Below, in pieces: positions 28,692-37,642 of a stretch of DNA of 64,000 bases. The DNA comes from Bacillota bacterium. Its GTDB lineage: Bacteria > Bacillota > DTU025. Both the position numbers and the translations under genes were made by a program. Where the stretch lies: assembly GCA_050951805.1 (NCBI GenBank), contig JBMNJT010000008.1, positions 192,001 through 256,000 on the forward strand, written 5' to 3'. Positions within the stretch are counted from its first letter, which is position 1, and each line of letters starts with the position of its first letter. The notes under the pieces are model-generated. The model was not told the origin of the DNA. It did no database searches and worked only from the letters and a program-made list of their open reading frames with translations.

Positions 28692-28716
28692 GCTGTGCGC
28701 TTAGGGAGTGATTAGT

Positions 28717-29616
28717 ATGGAGCGGGAGGTTGAGCCCAAGTTCAGAATAATCTACTATCCGTTCATGGGGACATCTGTCAACACAGAACGTTTGATTCTC
28801 CTGGCCAGGCTGTGCTACAAGCCGATAGGAGTGGATGGGCTGTACGACATGGTGTGGGGCACGGACAGTGATCCTGTTGACCCTGGGCTTCAGCATATGG
28901 ACGACGAGGCCGTCGGGAAGTTCGTGCGAGGCCTGATACGTTCAGGCCATCTCGGGGCACTGGAACATTGGAACACCAGCTTTGCCGTGGAAGGATACAG
29001 CAGAATATCGAGTCAGCAAAATGACAGGCACAGGCTGATGAAGACGTTCAAGGACCCAGGTGTGCTGCAGGCCGAGGCCGCCCCTGAGGGGGGCCGGGCG
29101 AAAGAGGCATGTGAAGCCTGGGTGAACGGACCTGAGCAGGGCTCGGCCGACGTATCTCAGATGCAGCAATCCCAGAGGTATGTCCGGGAGGATGATTTCA
29201 AGTACGTTGTGCCTCCGAGTTTCCATAAGGATCCCGAGTTCCTCGCTAGATACAGGAAGTTGCAGGAGGATATTGCGGAGCTCCAAAGATACGGCTTGAA
29301 CGAGGCGAAACTTCCGGCTGAGGATGTGAGGTTCGGGCTCTCCAACGCCACGGAAACGAGGTTTGTGATTACTACCAATGCCAGACAGCTGCGGCATATG
29401 TTCAATCTCAGGTGTTGTCAGAGGGCGCAGTGGGAGATACGCGACCTCTTCGACGGGCTGCTACGGGAGTATAAGAAGATCGCTCCGAACATTTTCTGGC
29501 GGGCAGGCGCTTCCTGTGAGGATTTTGGCTATTGTCCGGAAGGATCGGCCAGCTGTGGGCGGGCGCCTACCATCGACCAACTGTTGGACAGCGCAGGGCG
29601 CAAGAGAGAAGACTGA
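28717..29616 (+). CDS. thyX: FAD-dependent thymidylate synthase with internal insertion
   Basis: GHLGALEH, RHR...SQRYV, EDVRFGLSNATET, NARQLRHMFNLRCCQRAQWEIR, CPEG...CG. Confidence 0.88.
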   Translation: MEREVEPKFRIIYYPFMGTSVNTERLILLARLCYKPIGVDGLYDMVWGTDSDPVDPGLQHMDDEAVGKFVRGLIRSGHLGALEHWNTSFAVEGYSRISSQQNDRHRLMKTFKDPGVLQAEAAPEGGRAKEACEAWVNGPEQGSADVSQMQQSQRYVREDDFKYVVPPSFHKDPEFLARYRKLQEDIAELQRYGLNEAKLPAEDVRFGLSNATETRFVITTNARQLRHMFNLRCCQRAQWEIRDLFDGLLREYKKIAPNIFWRAGASCEDFGYCPEGSASCGRAPTIDQLLDSAGRKRED

Positions 29617-30002
29617 CCCATATGCGGCTTTACGGCCATTTCGATGACTTGAATGACACCTCGGAGCGTCTGAGGGCCGGGGTTCTGACACACCAAGTCA
29701 CTTTGCAAAAACGACCCACATTGGGCCGTTTCATGCTGGATACATGAAAAGACAGGCGTTATCGTGGCGTCGCTCCTCATATTCCAAGCTTCATCATACG
29801 GGGATGAGCGAGAAATGCCCGAACGCAAAGGGTTCTCTCAAAACTCAGTTCAGATGGGTACAGGGGAATACGCTATGGGGCGAGCACAGTAGCGAGCAGG
29901 CACATGCGGCGTGTTGCAAGAGCTCTGAGGACCAAGAGAGTGCTAACAGGTTGTCATCTGGCATGGCAATGGTGTTCAGATCGGATTGACGGCAGGCCGG
30001 GA

Positions 30003-30266
30003 CTACCTGGAACCGGCTATGATGAGGCCGGTCCCGATTCCGATGAGCACAACCTTTGCCGGCGAGATTCTGCCCGTAAGCCCGGCCAGTCCAACTCCGG
30101 TCACGGCCAGCATGAAGAGTGGGCCGATAGTGGCAAGAATCGCGTTTACCTGAAGCCCTTTGGAGATGGTGCCAAGCCTCAAGATGATTACGGCTCCGAT
30201 CACCTCTATTAGTCCGGCAGTTGCTCTGATCGCTGCCATGCGTTCCACAGTTATCTCATCGTTCAT
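30003..30266 (-). CDS. DUF2619/YqhV-like small membrane protein
   Basis: MAAIR...IEVIGA...LQVNAILATIGP...GLAGL pattern; three hydrophobic segments. Confidence 0.8.
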   Translation of the reverse strand: MNDEITVERMAAIRATAGLIEVIGAVIILRLGTISKGLQVNAILATIGPLFMLAVTGVGLAGLTGRISPAKVVLIGIGTGLIIAGSR

Positions 30267-30308
30267 CTCGCATCCCTCACATGTTTGGATTTTGATTGCA
30301 TTACTGAG

Positions 30309-30337
30309 ATAGTATGAAGAACCCGGCGGCATAATGC
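30309..30337 (-). promoter_or_regulatory. SigE-like sporulation promoter
   Basis: Minus-strand GCATTAT-N14-CATACTAT upstream of the YqhV-like gene. Confidence 0.45.
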
Positions 30338-30629
30338 TCTATCTGTTTCGGCGATTGATTCAGGGATAGGAGTATAGCCGTAGCCTGCAGGCCAGATGTC
30401 GTCAAGACTTTGGGGACCGGATCCGCATTTGCCGATCATTGAGGCATGATCGATATCTCTATCGTTGCCGGCTGTGTTTCGACAGGCAGGTTCGACGTCT
30501 ATCGCGGTATAGCTTTGCATACTGAATACGTTGGTTGTCGTCGGCCACAGGTTTATGCGTTTCCATCCTGTCCGAACTTCCTCCGCTTTGCGCGGCATGT
30601 TTGTTGAGCCGATGGGATAGAAGAAGTCC

Positions 30630-31030
30630 AAGCAGCTTTGGAAAAGCCATTGAGCGCTTTCAAACGGCTATCGCATGCGAAAGCTGCCCGGTGGAAGTGG
30701 GGATATAGGGCGAAGGCAGGTCAAGTAATCTGAGTAGCTCTATTGACATGTGTTTTGATTGCTTGTTGCGAGTGAGGGCTGCTAGCTAGGTTCGTCGACA
30801 AAGCTTGCTTCTTTCCGCAGCAAATCTTGGCCATCGCTACACACAACTTCTCCGGGTCTTAAATGGCAGCTCAGTCTTCCGGTGGTGTTTGTGTGACTGT
30901 TGCTTCTCGATTGCTACTTGGCGTACGGGCTTCAGCTGCTTTGGGGTGTAGCATCTTGCTCCAGATCAGGTTTGAACCGCAGGTAGCACAGACTTCGGCA
31001 TCGCGCAGGAACTCATCAAGACATGGTTAG
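30630..31030 (+). pseudogene. Decayed gene remnant, paralogous to 15940-16390
   Basis: Collinear similarity blocks; residual peptides FGKAIERFQTAIA, RFVDKACFFPQQIL, TAGSTDFGIAQELIKTW. Confidence 0.45.
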
Positions 31031-31033
31031 TTA

Positions 31034-31185
31034 GCAGGTGTGTTGAATCTCGGTGTCGAAGGCATTATGCTAGTGGGGAGCAGATGGATTTGGGCGATCT
31101 GTCATAATCAGCAGGCTTGATCAGCGCCTCTGCGCAGCCAGTGCAGGTGGAACCCGGTGGGCGCTGAAGAAGCTGTGGGACTGAA
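31034..31185 (+). pseudogene. Fragment of a nucleoside/sugar ABC permease
   Basis: AGVLNLGVEGIMLVG followed within about 100 nt by RWNPVGA. Confidence 0.5.
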
Positions 31186-31511
31186 TTTTCAGTAAAACCT
31201 CTGGTCAAGGATGGATTGTGATGGAGATCAGGGACTGGAATCGGACGATTTCAGGGCCATCTGCAAAGTGGATAGAAGTGTCGTGTCTGTTGGCATTCCT
31301 TCCCGTGTAGGGGGCCAAGTAAGGTGAAACCACAGGCGATTAATATAGATATCAGGACCGGGGATATTTCGGTTGAGGCTTGCACTGTTGCCATGGCAGT
31401 GTCAGATGCTTCGGTAGGTCGGGTGGAGAATGCGCCGAGGCTTCCAGGGGAACGCGCCCACGACGCTGAGAAAACAGGCAAAAGTCTTGGTACAACGAAA
31501 GAGGTGCACAG

Positions 31512-32837
31512 GTGAGCGGCGAAGCAACCCAAACACAGCAGGAGAAGCGGGAAGATCTGCGGTGGAATTTTCGAATGTCAACCCTAGATGGAATGTTCTC
31601 CAATGTAGCCATGGGGATGGTCACCCCATTTCTAGCTGTCTATGCTATGGAGCTTGGAGGTTCGAACAATGCGGTGGGGTTGATCACGGCAGTGCCCGCA
31701 CTTGTAAACACGCTAATGTATCTCCCCGCAGCTTCAATAGTGGAGCAGAGCGACAGTAGGCTGAAGATCGCTAGCAAGACACACTTGTTAGCAAAATCAG
31801 TATATTTGTTGATGGCTTTTGTGCCTTTTCTTCCATGGCCGGACCTGCGTTCCGGCGTGCTCATTGGTCTGTTGGGGCTCCAGACTATTCCGACGGTAAT
31901 AACAATGGTGGCGTGGACAGCGTTGATGGGGGAGACTTTTCCCCGCGAGGAACGCGCTCACCTTTTCGCGTTGAGGAGCATGTACACTTCTTTGGTTACA
32001 CTTGTCTCCTCGGTACTGGCGGGGGTCCTTCTGGACTCGATTGAATACCCGATAAACTACGTGACGCTTTTTCTCATATCTTACGCTACGTCTTTGGTGT
32101 CATTTTACTTCCTGTCCAAGATGAAGGAGTATCCTGCAACACCTGTTAGGAGCGTGTCAACTTCGCTTGGCGACAGGATTAAGCGGCCATTTACTAATCC
32201 TGACTATGGCGCCAAATTCAGAGTATTCACGATAAGTGCCGTTCTCGTGCACCTTGGGATCAACCTTGCGGTTCCGGCCTACCCCATCATGTATGTGAAG
32301 GATCTTGGGCTTTCAAAAAGCGCTATCGGCAGTCTTTCACTGGCGGGTGGTCTGACAGCTGTTCTGGCGTACCCTATGTGGGGAGTAGTATCGAGGAAAG
32401 CCGGGGACGCCGCAGTATACGCTTTGTCTCTGCTCGCATTCGCCGCCTTTCCAGTGCTTTATGGCATGTCTGGGTCTTTGGTTTATCTCCTCATCATGAA
32501 GGCAGCAATGGGGATATTCGATGCCGGCTTCGCTTTTACGCTCTTCAACCTGACGCTGGAGTATGTGGACCCTGAGGACAGCGCCAACGGGATCGCAGTC
32601 TTCAACGTGCTCATCAACGCCACGGGGATTATAGGGCCTCCCATTTCGGCATTTGTCATATCCCGAAGTGGCGTGATGGCGGCCTACATTGTGTCGTCGA
32701 TAGTGCGAACAGTGGGATGCGTGATCTTCCTGAAACAGTTTGGCGTAGCGGAGACTCTTGGGAGGCTACACAGATCATTAAGGCTATCGCTATCGCGGAG
32801 GCGCGTGACCAAACAAGAGAAGAGGGGGGTGCTCTAA
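31512..32837 (+). CDS. MFS transporter
   Basis: About 12 hydrophobic segments, LMGETFPREERAHLF, GAGGTG RBS. Confidence 0.88.
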   Translation: MSGEATQTQQEKREDLRWNFRMSTLDGMFSNVAMGMVTPFLAVYAMELGGSNNAVGLITAVPALVNTLMYLPAASIVEQSDSRLKIASKTHLLAKSVYLLMAFVPFLPWPDLRSGVLIGLLGLQTIPTVITMVAWTALMGETFPREERAHLFALRSMYTSLVTLVSSVLAGVLLDSIEYPINYVTLFLISYATSLVSFYFLSKMKEYPATPVRSVSTSLGDRIKRPFTNPDYGAKFRVFTISAVLVHLGINLAVPAYPIMYVKDLGLSKSAIGSLSLAGGLTAVLAYPMWGVVSRKAGDAAVYALSLLAFAAFPVLYGMSGSLVYLLIMKAAMGIFDAGFAFTLFNLTLEYVDPEDSANGIAVFNVLINATGIIGPPISAFVISRSGVMAAYIVSSIVRTVGCVIFLKQFGVAETLGRLHRSLRLSLSRRRVTKQEKRGVL

Positions 32838-32840
32838 TAG

Positions 32841-33164
32841 GTGAAGCTTGTGATCGTAATTGTAAGGGATGATTACTCCGAAGTTTTGCAGGACGAACTT
32901 GCTGATGCTGGCCATCGGTATACTAAACTTGCTTCCACAGGAGGGTTCCTGCGGAAGGGCAACACTACGTTGCTTGTGGGCGTCGATGATGCCGACGTAG
33001 ACTCGGTGCTGGAGATCGTACGCGCAACATGCAAGACACGGCAGGAGTTGATCACAACGCAGCCGATGCCTATGTCGCCAGGCCTTGCAGTTCCTCCAAT
33101 CGAGGTTATAGCAGGGGGAGCAACAGTTTTTGTGGTTGAAGTCGAGCACTTCGAGCGCATCTAG
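32841..33164 (+). CDS. darA: Cyclic-di-AMP receptor (PII-like PstA/DarA)
   Basis: TKLASTGGFLRKGNTTLLVG, GGATVFV. Confidence 0.93.
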   Translation: MKLVIVIVRDDYSEVLQDELADAGHRYTKLASTGGFLRKGNTTLLVGVDDADVDSVLEIVRATCKTRQELITTQPMPMSPGLAVPPIEVIAGGATVFVVEVEHFERI

Positions 33165-33712
33165 AAGTCTTAGGATCACCCATGGGGTAGGCCGCGGAAC
33201 TGATGTTTCCGTGGCCTTTTCCATTGTGGCGGTGGTTCTGTCTCTGGGGATTTCCGGCCCCCCGTCTTCGTGCCTCGGGACGTGTCTAACCGTCTCGGAG
33301 TCCCCAGCGCTCAGACATCCCATTCTGTGGCCGCAGAGCATTGATACAGCATAATGGAGAAGTGTGGGGCGAAAGCCATTTAAAGGTCGAGTTCTCTTGT
33401 TTCACACGCATATTGCGCTCTTACAGTGTTTGCCCGGTGCGGGTAAAGCCTGAGGCCTTCGGTTTGACCGCTCAGTTAGCGCGCGGGAGTCTGATATGGA
33501 GGTTTGGGGACCGGGATCGGCTTTCTACCTTGCAAGCGCCGATCCTAGGATCGTGCAGGAACTTATTCGCAGGGCAGTTGGTCTGCTCTTTTGGACGTTC
33601 TTAGGCGAGCTTTCATACAACTGGCCCCACATGCACGAATGCATCAATCTCAGGCGGATGCGGGCCGAAAGCGGCCAAAATCAGCTGGGTGCAAATTGTC
33701 TTGTACGAAGTG

Positions 33713-33741
33713 TTGTATATTGTGGCGGAAACTGTTATTAT
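33713..33741 (+). promoter_or_regulatory. SigA-type promoter of the hydrogenase cluster
   Basis: TTGTAT-N17-TATTAT with extended TG. Confidence 0.6.
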
Positions 33742-33745
33742 TGAA

Positions 33746-33763
33746 TTGTGAAAGACTGCACAA
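33746..33763. promoter_or_regulatory. Rex operator
   Basis: TTGTGAAAGACTGCACAA, one mismatch to TTGTGAAnnnnTTCACAA, at the predicted +1; rex closes the cluster. Confidence 0.8.
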
Positions 33764-33781
33764 AGTTGGGACGGCGATAAA

Positions 33782-34066
33782 ATGGTCACCATCTCGGTAT
33801 GCGTTGGAAGCTCGTGTCATATCAAGGGTGCTCCTGAAGTCATCGAGAAGTTCCAGAAGCTCATATCCGACTACGATCTTTACAACCTGGTCGAGCTCAA
33901 AGGCGTGTTTTGCCTGGAACGTTGCACCGAAGGCGTAACCATCGATATCGATGGCAATATCTATTCCGCGGTGAATCCAGATGCTGCCGTGGACATCTTC
34001 AGAGAGCGCGTGCTTGCCCCCCTTGGTCTGACCCCAAAAACTGGAGATGATAATGACGGTCAATGA
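33782..34066 (+). CDS. Thioredoxin-like [2Fe-2S] ferredoxin (HfsA-like)
   Basis: VCVGSSCHIKG...FCLERC. Confidence 0.85.
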   Translation: MVTISVCVGSSCHIKGAPEVIEKFQKLISDYDLYNLVELKGVFCLERCTEGVTIDIDGNIYSAVNPDAAVDIFRERVLAPLGLTPKTGDDNDGQ

Positions 34067-34202
34067 GGCCTGGTGAGCCAGGGCAACGCGTCTTGGTGCC
34101 GGGCCTTAGCTGCACTTGGAGATTGAAAAGGGCTCAAGGGGGCAAAAACCTGAAGAATCGCGAGTGCGACTCGGATGTAGATGATCAAGGGGGCTGCAAC
34201 AA

Positions 34203-35942
34203 TTGAGTCTGATCACGACTATAAGGGCCAATTGCAAGGATTGTTATAAGTGCGTGCGTCACTGTCCTATGAAGGCCATAAAGGTGGTGGACGGACACGC
34301 TGAAGTCGTTGATGAGCTGTGTATAGGCGACGGAACATGTGTGCGAATATGCCCTCAGGGAGCCAAGCAAGTCCGGGATTCCCGCGGGGCTGTCCGCGAT
34401 ATCCTCAGGTCGGGCAGGAAGGTTGCTCTTTCCGTGGCGCCATCTTTCGTGTCGAGCTTCAACGATGTGGACCCTGGATCATTTGCCACCGCAGCCAGAG
34501 GACTTGGGTTCGACATAGTCACGGAAACGGCTGAAGCGGCCTACTATGTCACGATATCCACCATGGAGGCTTTGGACAGGTGCGAAAAACCTGCCATAGC
34601 AACCAGTTGTCCGGTCATTGTAAACCTGGTCGAACGGTATTATCCGCATCTACTGGGCCATTTGGTCCCTGTGGCTTCACCCATGGTTGTCCATGGAAGA
34701 ATGCTCAAGAATGAGATGGGGCCGGGATCCAAAGTCGTATTTGCAGGGCCTTGCATAGCTAAGAAGCAGGAGGCGGAGAAGGAAGAGGCCGCAGGCGCTG
34801 TCGACGCAGTATTGACCTTCGAGGAACTGGACAGTCTGTTTAAAGAGGCTCGCATCGTCCCCGCAGCTCAGGAGCCAAGCGAGTGGAACGGGCGCGTGCC
34901 GGGCGTGGCGAGGCTGTTCCCAATTGAGGGCGGCATGATGGCAACGGCGGGAATCCCAAACGGTGGTATGGGAAGCGCAGACATCTGCATAACAGGGATC
35001 GAGGAGGCTATCGATTTTCTGGAGCATGCTAAGGCCCACAGTGATATCAGGCTCGCGGAGATACTTTCCTGCGAAGGAGGGTGCGTAGCCGGACCTTGCG
35101 TTCTGGCTGATGCGGACTTGTGGTCTAGGCGGCGTAAGGTAGTGGAACACACTCTGCGGGGGCGTGCAGGCAGCGCTGATGAGGAGGCATCGCCCGAAGG
35201 CAAGCGAAGGGCTGTTGATCCGCCAAGGCCAGAATTGCTCAGCATGTCCTTTAGCGTGCGCGAAGTCAATCTGCCCATGCCGACTGAGGACGAGATCCGG
35301 GAAATACTCGCTCAGACAGACAAGTTCTCTCCCGAAGACGAGCTCAACTGCGGAGCATGCGGTTACAACTCATGTCGCGACAAGGCTATAGCGGTCTATC
35401 GAGGCATGGCTGAAGTTGAGATGTGCATTCCCTACATGCGCCGGCGCGCGGAGTCTATGTCTAACCTGATAATCAGCTCTACTCCAAATGCAATAGTCGC
35501 TGTGGATCGGGACCTGCGGATAGTCCTGGTCAATCCGGCGTTTGAATCCGTTTTCCGTCTCAGTGCGGAGTCATGTGTGGGACAGCACGTCAGTGTAGCC
35601 ATGGATCCGGAGCCTTTCCGCAGGGTTTTCGAGACCAAGGAATTGATAAGCATCGAGGAGGAGCATTTAGGGGGCGAGCTGCGAACATCGCAGATCGTAT
35701 TCTACGTTGAAGTGCGCGACCTGGCTGTGGCGATCGGAACCGACATAACTGCTGAATACGATACGGCGCGGGCGATACAGAAAGCTCGAGAGGAGACGTT
35801 GGAGAAGGCTGGAGCGGTTATCGACAGGCAGATGCGAGTTGCGCAGGAGATTGCGGGGCTTCTGGGGGAGACGACCGCTGAGACTAAATTGCTGCTTACG
35901 CAATTGATCAAGCAGATGCAGGATGAGGAGTTGACGCGCTAA
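34203..35942 (+). CDS. Sensory [FeFe]-hydrogenase with FeS and PAS domains (HydS/HfsB-like, group C)
   Basis: N-terminal 2x[4Fe-4S], ATSCP, GPCIAKKQE, EILSCEGGC, LNCGACGYNSC, PAS, AQEIAGLLGETTAETK tail. Confidence 0.88.
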   Translation: MSLITTIRANCKDCYKCVRHCPMKAIKVVDGHAEVVDELCIGDGTCVRICPQGAKQVRDSRGAVRDILRSGRKVALSVAPSFVSSFNDVDPGSFATAARGLGFDIVTETAEAAYYVTISTMEALDRCEKPAIATSCPVIVNLVERYYPHLLGHLVPVASPMVVHGRMLKNEMGPGSKVVFAGPCIAKKQEAEKEEAAGAVDAVLTFEELDSLFKEARIVPAAQEPSEWNGRVPGVARLFPIEGGMMATAGIPNGGMGSADICITGIEEAIDFLEHAKAHSDIRLAEILSCEGGCVAGPCVLADADLWSRRRKVVEHTLRGRAGSADEEASPEGKRRAVDPPRPELLSMSFSVREVNLPMPTEDEIREILAQTDKFSPEDELNCGACGYNSCRDKAIAVYRGMAEVEMCIPYMRRRAESMSNLIISSTPNAIVAVDRDLRIVLVNPAFESVFRLSAESCVGQHVSVAMDPEPFRRVFETKELISIEEEHLGGELRTSQIVFYVEVRDLAVAIGTDITAEYDTARAIQKAREETLEKAGAVIDRQMRVAQEIAGLLGETTAETKLLLTQLIKQMQDEELTR

Positions 35943-37084
35943 TGAGTGAACTTCATGTTGAGGCTGCGTTTACTTCTCTGCCCAAGCATGGGGAGGAGCT
36001 GTGCGGCGACAGAGTGGAGATTGCCCGCAGTGGCGACATGGTCACCGTCGTGCTCAGCGATGGCCTCGGATCGGGCGTAAAAGCCAACATCCTGGCGACT
36101 CTCACATCTACTATAGCGGTGAGCATGCTTCGCGGCGGCGCGTCCATTGATGATGTTGTAGAAACTATAGGCCACACGTTGCCCATATGCCAGGTGCGTA
36201 AGGTGGCTTACTCAACACTGACGATATTGCAGATAAAGAATGACGGCAGTGCTTATCTTGTGCAGTACGACAATCCAGACGCTTTCTACTATTCAGATGG
36301 AATGATTGTTCCAATAGAGTCGTCTGACAGAATAGTCGCTGACAAAGTGATAAAAGAGGCTCGATTTCAGCTAAAGGCTGGCGACAGGTTATTCCTCGTC
36401 TCGGACGGGGTGATCTATGCCGGAGTAGGGGGGGTCCTCAACCTCGGTTGGGGCTGGCCCAATGTTGCAGACTACATCAAGAAAATCAACGATCAGGAGA
36501 GCAGAGCATCAGTGCTTGCAAAATGGCTTGTGAATGTGTGTGATCAGTTTTATGCCGGGCAGCCTGGAGATGACACCACTGCGGTTGCTGTAGTCATTCG
36601 TGAACCGCGCTGTCTCACGGTGGCGGTCGGTCCCCCGAAGAAGCCCGAGGATGACCGGAAAATGGTGGCCAGATTGATGAGTTCGGTTGGCACCAAGGTA
36701 GTGTGCGGAGGGACTACAGGCAAGATTGTTGCGAGGGAGATCGGGGAATCCCTCCACGTCGATCTTGACACTATCCATGGAGGCATGCCTCCGACTGCGA
36801 GCATCAATGGGATCGATTTGGTTACAGAGGGGATAATAACGCTTTCAAAGACGTTGGATCGCCTTATTCAGGGTGAACCTGTTCATGGCAAGGATGGCGC
36901 TAGCAGGCTGGCGCGAATGTTGCTCGATGCCGACCATGTGGAATTGCTGGTGGGTAAGGCTGTCAACCCTGCTCATCAAAACCCCGATTTGCCGATAAGC
37001 ACTACACTAAAGGAACGGGTGATGGATGATATAGCGAGGATTCTTGTTGAGCTTGGCAAGGAGGTTTCGGTTTCTTACTATTGA
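35942..37084 (+). CDS. SpoIIE/PP2C-type Ser/Thr phosphatase (HfsC-like)
   Basis: EELCGD, LSDGLGSGVKANIL, VSDG, GDDTT, CGGTT, VNPAHQNP. Confidence 0.88.
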   Translation: MSELHVEAAFTSLPKHGEELCGDRVEIARSGDMVTVVLSDGLGSGVKANILATLTSTIAVSMLRGGASIDDVVETIGHTLPICQVRKVAYSTLTILQIKNDGSAYLVQYDNPDAFYYSDGMIVPIESSDRIVADKVIKEARFQLKAGDRLFLVSDGVIYAGVGGVLNLGWGWPNVADYIKKINDQESRASVLAKWLVNVCDQFYAGQPGDDTTAVAVVIREPRCLTVAVGPPKKPEDDRKMVARLMSSVGTKVVCGGTTGKIVAREIGESLHVDLDTIHGGMPPTASINGIDLVTEGIITLSKTLDRLIQGEPVHGKDGASRLARMLLDADHVELLVGKAVNPAHQNPDLPISTTLKERVMDDIARILVELGKEVSVSYY

Positions 37085-37142
37085 GCGCCGATTGCTGGGC
37101 GCTGAAGCGGGACAGAAAAAATCTTTGTCTGGAGGCAGGAGA

Positions 37143-37640
37143 ATGACAGCCGTTGAGGCAGCGCAGAGAAGATTTGAACGTGTAAATGAGATAATCGAGA
37201 AGCACGGTCGCAGCCAGTCTTCGCTTGTTCCAATACTCCAGGATGTGCAGGCGGAATACAGGTATCTCCCTGAGGAGATTCTTACGTACGTCGCTACAGC
37301 GATGGGTCTGTCTGTCGCAACAGTGTACGGTGTAGCCACCTTCTATGCCCAGTTTTCCTTGGAGCCCAAGGGCAAGTACGTGGTGAGGGTGTGCGACGGC
37401 ACGGCGTGCCACGTCAGACAGTCAATGCCTGTGTACGAGGCTGTTAGATCAAAGCTTGAGCTTGCTGACGGAAAATTCACAACTCCCGACCTGATGTTTA
37501 CCGTAGAAACCGTATCGTGCTTGGGCGCATGTGGGTTGGCGCCTGTTATGACGATCAATGATGAAGTCCACGGCAAGATGACTCCAGAGGCAGCATGCAT
37601 CATAATAGACACTCTGCTAGAAAGGGAGGGCCAGATCTAG
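37143..37640 (+). CDS. hydC: Electron-bifurcating hydrogenase gamma subunit (NuoE-like)
   Basis: GVATFY, VCDGTACHV, CLGACGLAP. Confidence 0.9.
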   Translation: MTAVEAAQRRFERVNEIIEKHGRSQSSLVPILQDVQAEYRYLPEEILTYVATAMGLSVATVYGVATFYAQFSLEPKGKYVVRVCDGTACHVRQSMPVYEAVRSKLELADGKFTTPDLMFTVETVSCLGACGLAPVMTINDEVHGKMTPEAACIIIDTLLEREGQI

Positions 37641-37642
37641 AA

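Noticed and set aside
29081-29104. Hammerhead ribozyme core in the thyX insertion (CTGA...GAAA)
   Set aside because: The core reads CUGAGGG rather than CUGANGA and the required stems are not evident.
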